Shown in pieces: positions 60,745 to 64,000 of a stretch of DNA of 64,000 nucleotides. Under the pieces are notes generated by a model that saw nothing but the letters and a program-made list of their open reading frames with translations, was not told where the DNA came from and made no database searches. The DNA is taken from assembly GCF_964355755.1 (NCBI RefSeq), contig NC_092679.1, positions 19,637,432 through 19,701,431 on the forward strand, read 5' to 3'. A program made the position numbers and the translations under genes. This DNA comes from Antedon mediterranea (Eukaryota > Animalia > Echinodermata). Position 1 is the first letter of the stretch, and the number at the start of each line of letters is the position of its first letter.

Positions 60745-61815
60745 TAATTCAATTGATTTATTACATTCTTACATAACTTTATAGTAACTACTAGTACGGT
60801 TTTTATTTTCCATTATATGAATGTTTATATAATATATACACTACAGCTAATTGTATTAGTTTTATATTTTTCTTATTTTATGAATTCTAATAATTTAATT
60901 TTAACATCATTCCATTTTATAACTGCTTTATACTGATTACATGCGTCACCATTTTCTATAAGATTTTTTAATTCAAACTTAAACATATTCAAGATACTTT
61001 TTGATTTGTTACCAATCATGTTATCTAATAAACAAAGCCTTATGCGGGATTTGTAGATACAAAACGTAAAGATAGATGTTAGTTCATTTACAAGTTTATC
61101 TTTGGTACCAGTAACTATATCAAACCAATGTATAGGCGTTTCATGAGGAAAGCATTCAACAATAAGATTATTGAATTTCCTCCAAACTGGCTTAATCACT
61201 TTACACTTAAGTAACATATCTTCTTCGTTTTCTATCACATTCTTACATCTATCGCAAATATTAGTTTTAGACAATTTCCAAATATGTAATCTTTTATTAC
61301 AAACAAGTATGCGATGTAAAAGTTTAAAATTGAATTGCGCAACTTTTACCATATGTTTCATATCTTTGACTTTATTATTCCATATTTTGTTCCATACCAT
61401 AGTCTTATTTAAAAACTCTGTTTCCCATTTTACTTGGGAGATTGGCACTGTCTTTAATTCAATTATAAACTTATAATATAAACCTGTTTTAACATTTGAT
61501 TTGAATAATTCATTTTTAATATCAACATTAACTTGTTCTTTCTCTATTGTAGGTCGTGCCAATACTTCCTTCCATTTAATAGGAATAGCATTCATGAGCT
61601 TGAAGTATTCTATTATCCCATTATGCTTTACTAATAACGTGGGAATTAAATCTCTAAGACTTACAATTGTGTTATTGACCAAAATGTCACCAATTGTTTT
61701 ATAGCCCGACTTCAACCAATCTTTGAAGTATAAAGACTTTCCGTCTGACAGTATATGTTTATTTTCCCACAAGGTTTGAGATTTAATTTCCTGTACATTT
61801 TGAGGATCTAACATT
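60745..61815 (-). mobile_element. 5'-truncated L1/Tx1-clade LINE: ORF2 C-terminus (60873-61814) and short 3' UTR
   Basis: 313-aa open frame with LWENKHI, FNFKLLHRIL, CDRC..C zf-RVT-like motif; AATAAA downstream on the minus strand; no RT or EN core. Confidence 0.85.
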
Positions 61816-64000
61816 TAAATATTATTTATATAAAATAATAAATATTAAAAAAGAGTCTTGCCCTTATTGTATATTAACTATAGCAGATAAACAAAATCTG
61901 TTTAATAAGTAACAATTTGAGTTTAATACATTTTTTTATACCATCTACATTAACATTAACTCCATCATAAAAGTATTGTTCTGTCTGTAAGTTTATTTTG
62001 GTTTTTGTTATTTAATTTTACTTGTATAATTCACTTCTTATTTAAGATTTAAATGTTATTTTTTATACTTTTCCTTTTGTTTTTATATTGCCTTGTAAAT
62101 ATTGCTGTAAAGTTTATCGTTTACAAGTAGGGCATCTTTACATATATTATTATTATATTAAAATATAAATAAATATATATAAAAATGGAAATGATTTATT
62201 CCTGCTCTTATTTTGTTTAAACAATAATCAACAAAACATGTTTAAACTAAATAGGAGCAGGACAAAAATCCTTTCACATACTGTAATCTAAACAATATTG
62301 TAATAATTTTAAATTCCAAATATGTATTAAAAAACAATATTATTAAAAAACAATATTATTGAATAAAAATTGTAATAATTTAAAAAAAAATGTATGTATG
62401 AATTCTATTTAAATACAATACCAAGTACTAATAAGTTAATAAAACATATTTCTTTTTAGAAAAATGAACAAAAAAAATGAATAGTTATATAATTAAAATA
62501 AAAATTACCTACCATAAAATACATGGAACTATATAAAAACTATATAGTTTAACTCCTCAGAATTATAACATCCTGTTCGCACAAGGTTTAAGTGAAAAAA
62601 TGATCGGCTAATTTTTTAAACTTTAATTTCATTTGCCAAAATCGTTTATCCTATGATTAGGTAATTACCTAGGTCAAGCCAAAATCTGGGTCATTTCAAG
62701 TGCGTGAGGATTGATATTATAAATGTAAGCTATTCCGAGTCGTTGAAGCATATCACCATTTACATCAACATTCATTATTTGACCTTGCTATCATCCAGGT
62801 GATCATGTGACTTGCAATGTTTATCAGCTGATTGGATGTTAGTTTTATCACATGATCACATTTCCTTTTAATGTAAAAATCATGAACTTTATCACTAAAA
62901 ATTGCCATAAAAAGTGAAAATACTGTTGTTTACCCACATATTGAATGAGTTAGAAAATTATAATGTGAGAGCCTACAAGTTTTTTTAATTAGTCATTTTT
63001 TTGGATTGCATAATAAATGCTGAATAAACAGAACATTACTGTATCTATATATTTTTATTCTGACAAATATAGTACTTTTTTTTATTTGTTTATAGGATAG
63101 CATCCGCAATTTTTAAATTATCGTCCTGAACGTTTATCTCCTAATATTTACAGAACAAATTCCTATTTATTTTCAGAAAAATTTATATATTGGTGATGCA
63201 ACAAATACTTATTAAAATCTTGAGTTATCTTTATCTTCAATATAGGATGAAAACAATAAATGGCACACTGTTGCTAAATTTTTAATTAATTTATTTACTT
63301 CATTTAGTATTACATGATTTTAAGTTGAGTCAAAAATTGAATGAATGTGCATGCTCTGAAGCATATCAGGATGTGTAAATGACTTTGGGCTCAATAGTTA
63401 CATGACGCGTCATGAAAAACTGATAGTTGCTACTACTACCACCATACACACACCTGTTGTGTATGCAAATGAAAACACATGCGATATAAACCCATAAGAT
63501 TAAGCCAATCATTAAAACACATTATTTCCATATTACACCATGACATCCGTGACACATTTTGAATGTAACTTCCGAGAAAAAAAAATTAACAGCGCTGAGG
63601 TCAAACATGAAGTCAATAACCGCATAATGTGCAATATATTTTGATCATTTTTAAATTAATTTAATTTAATTTTAACATGTGGATTTAGTAATCGGAATAC
63701 ATTTGTTTCACATTGGAACATGACATCAGCAAGATTGTTTCTGATGCGACTTCCACAAACAAGAAATAAACTTTTTATAGAGACTGTATTCAACTTACAA
63801 TACTAAGGGTATCCTCGGGTATAATCCCACTTCAGGTGTAATCCCACCCCCTACATTATCCCCAGGTATAGTCCCAGTATTGGACTTTAATTTGTTCTGT
63901 ATGTATGCTTCTCTGAACCAGGGTTTTCCCGTCTATAGTGTCCCATCCAGTTAGATGACTTTTTACAAGAAATGCTTACAAATCATTACCAGGGTCTTCC

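Overview
AT-rich eukaryotic genomic DNA, not prokaryotic. The SINE, LINE and MITE repertoire suggests an invertebrate animal, possibly a deuterostome such as an echinoderm (inference). Most of the window (9226-57123, minus strand) is one intron-rich gene encoding a PLEKHH1/PLEKHH2/MAX-1-family protein (coiled coil, disordered region, PH, PH, MyTH4, FERM). I assembled 23 GT-AG exons with consistent phases (4491 nt, 1496 aa plus stop). The N-terminal exon(s) were not found and probably lie beyond 64000. Bases 1-6415 are a satellite built almost entirely of hairpins: a ~320-bp unit made of two ~120-bp palindromes and one shorter palindrome, with 2- and 3-unit higher-order repeats. The introns hold a non-autonomous Helitron, PIF/Harbinger and pogo-type MITEs, tRNA-derived SINEs, truncated L1/Tx1, L2-group and RTE LINEs (several nested) and minisatellites, and a HINE-like element lies downstream of the gene. 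I found no convincing new multi-gene system. The best leads are the all-palindrome satellite, an in-frame alternative 3' splice site inside MyTH4, and a tandem repeat that contains the gene's stop codon.
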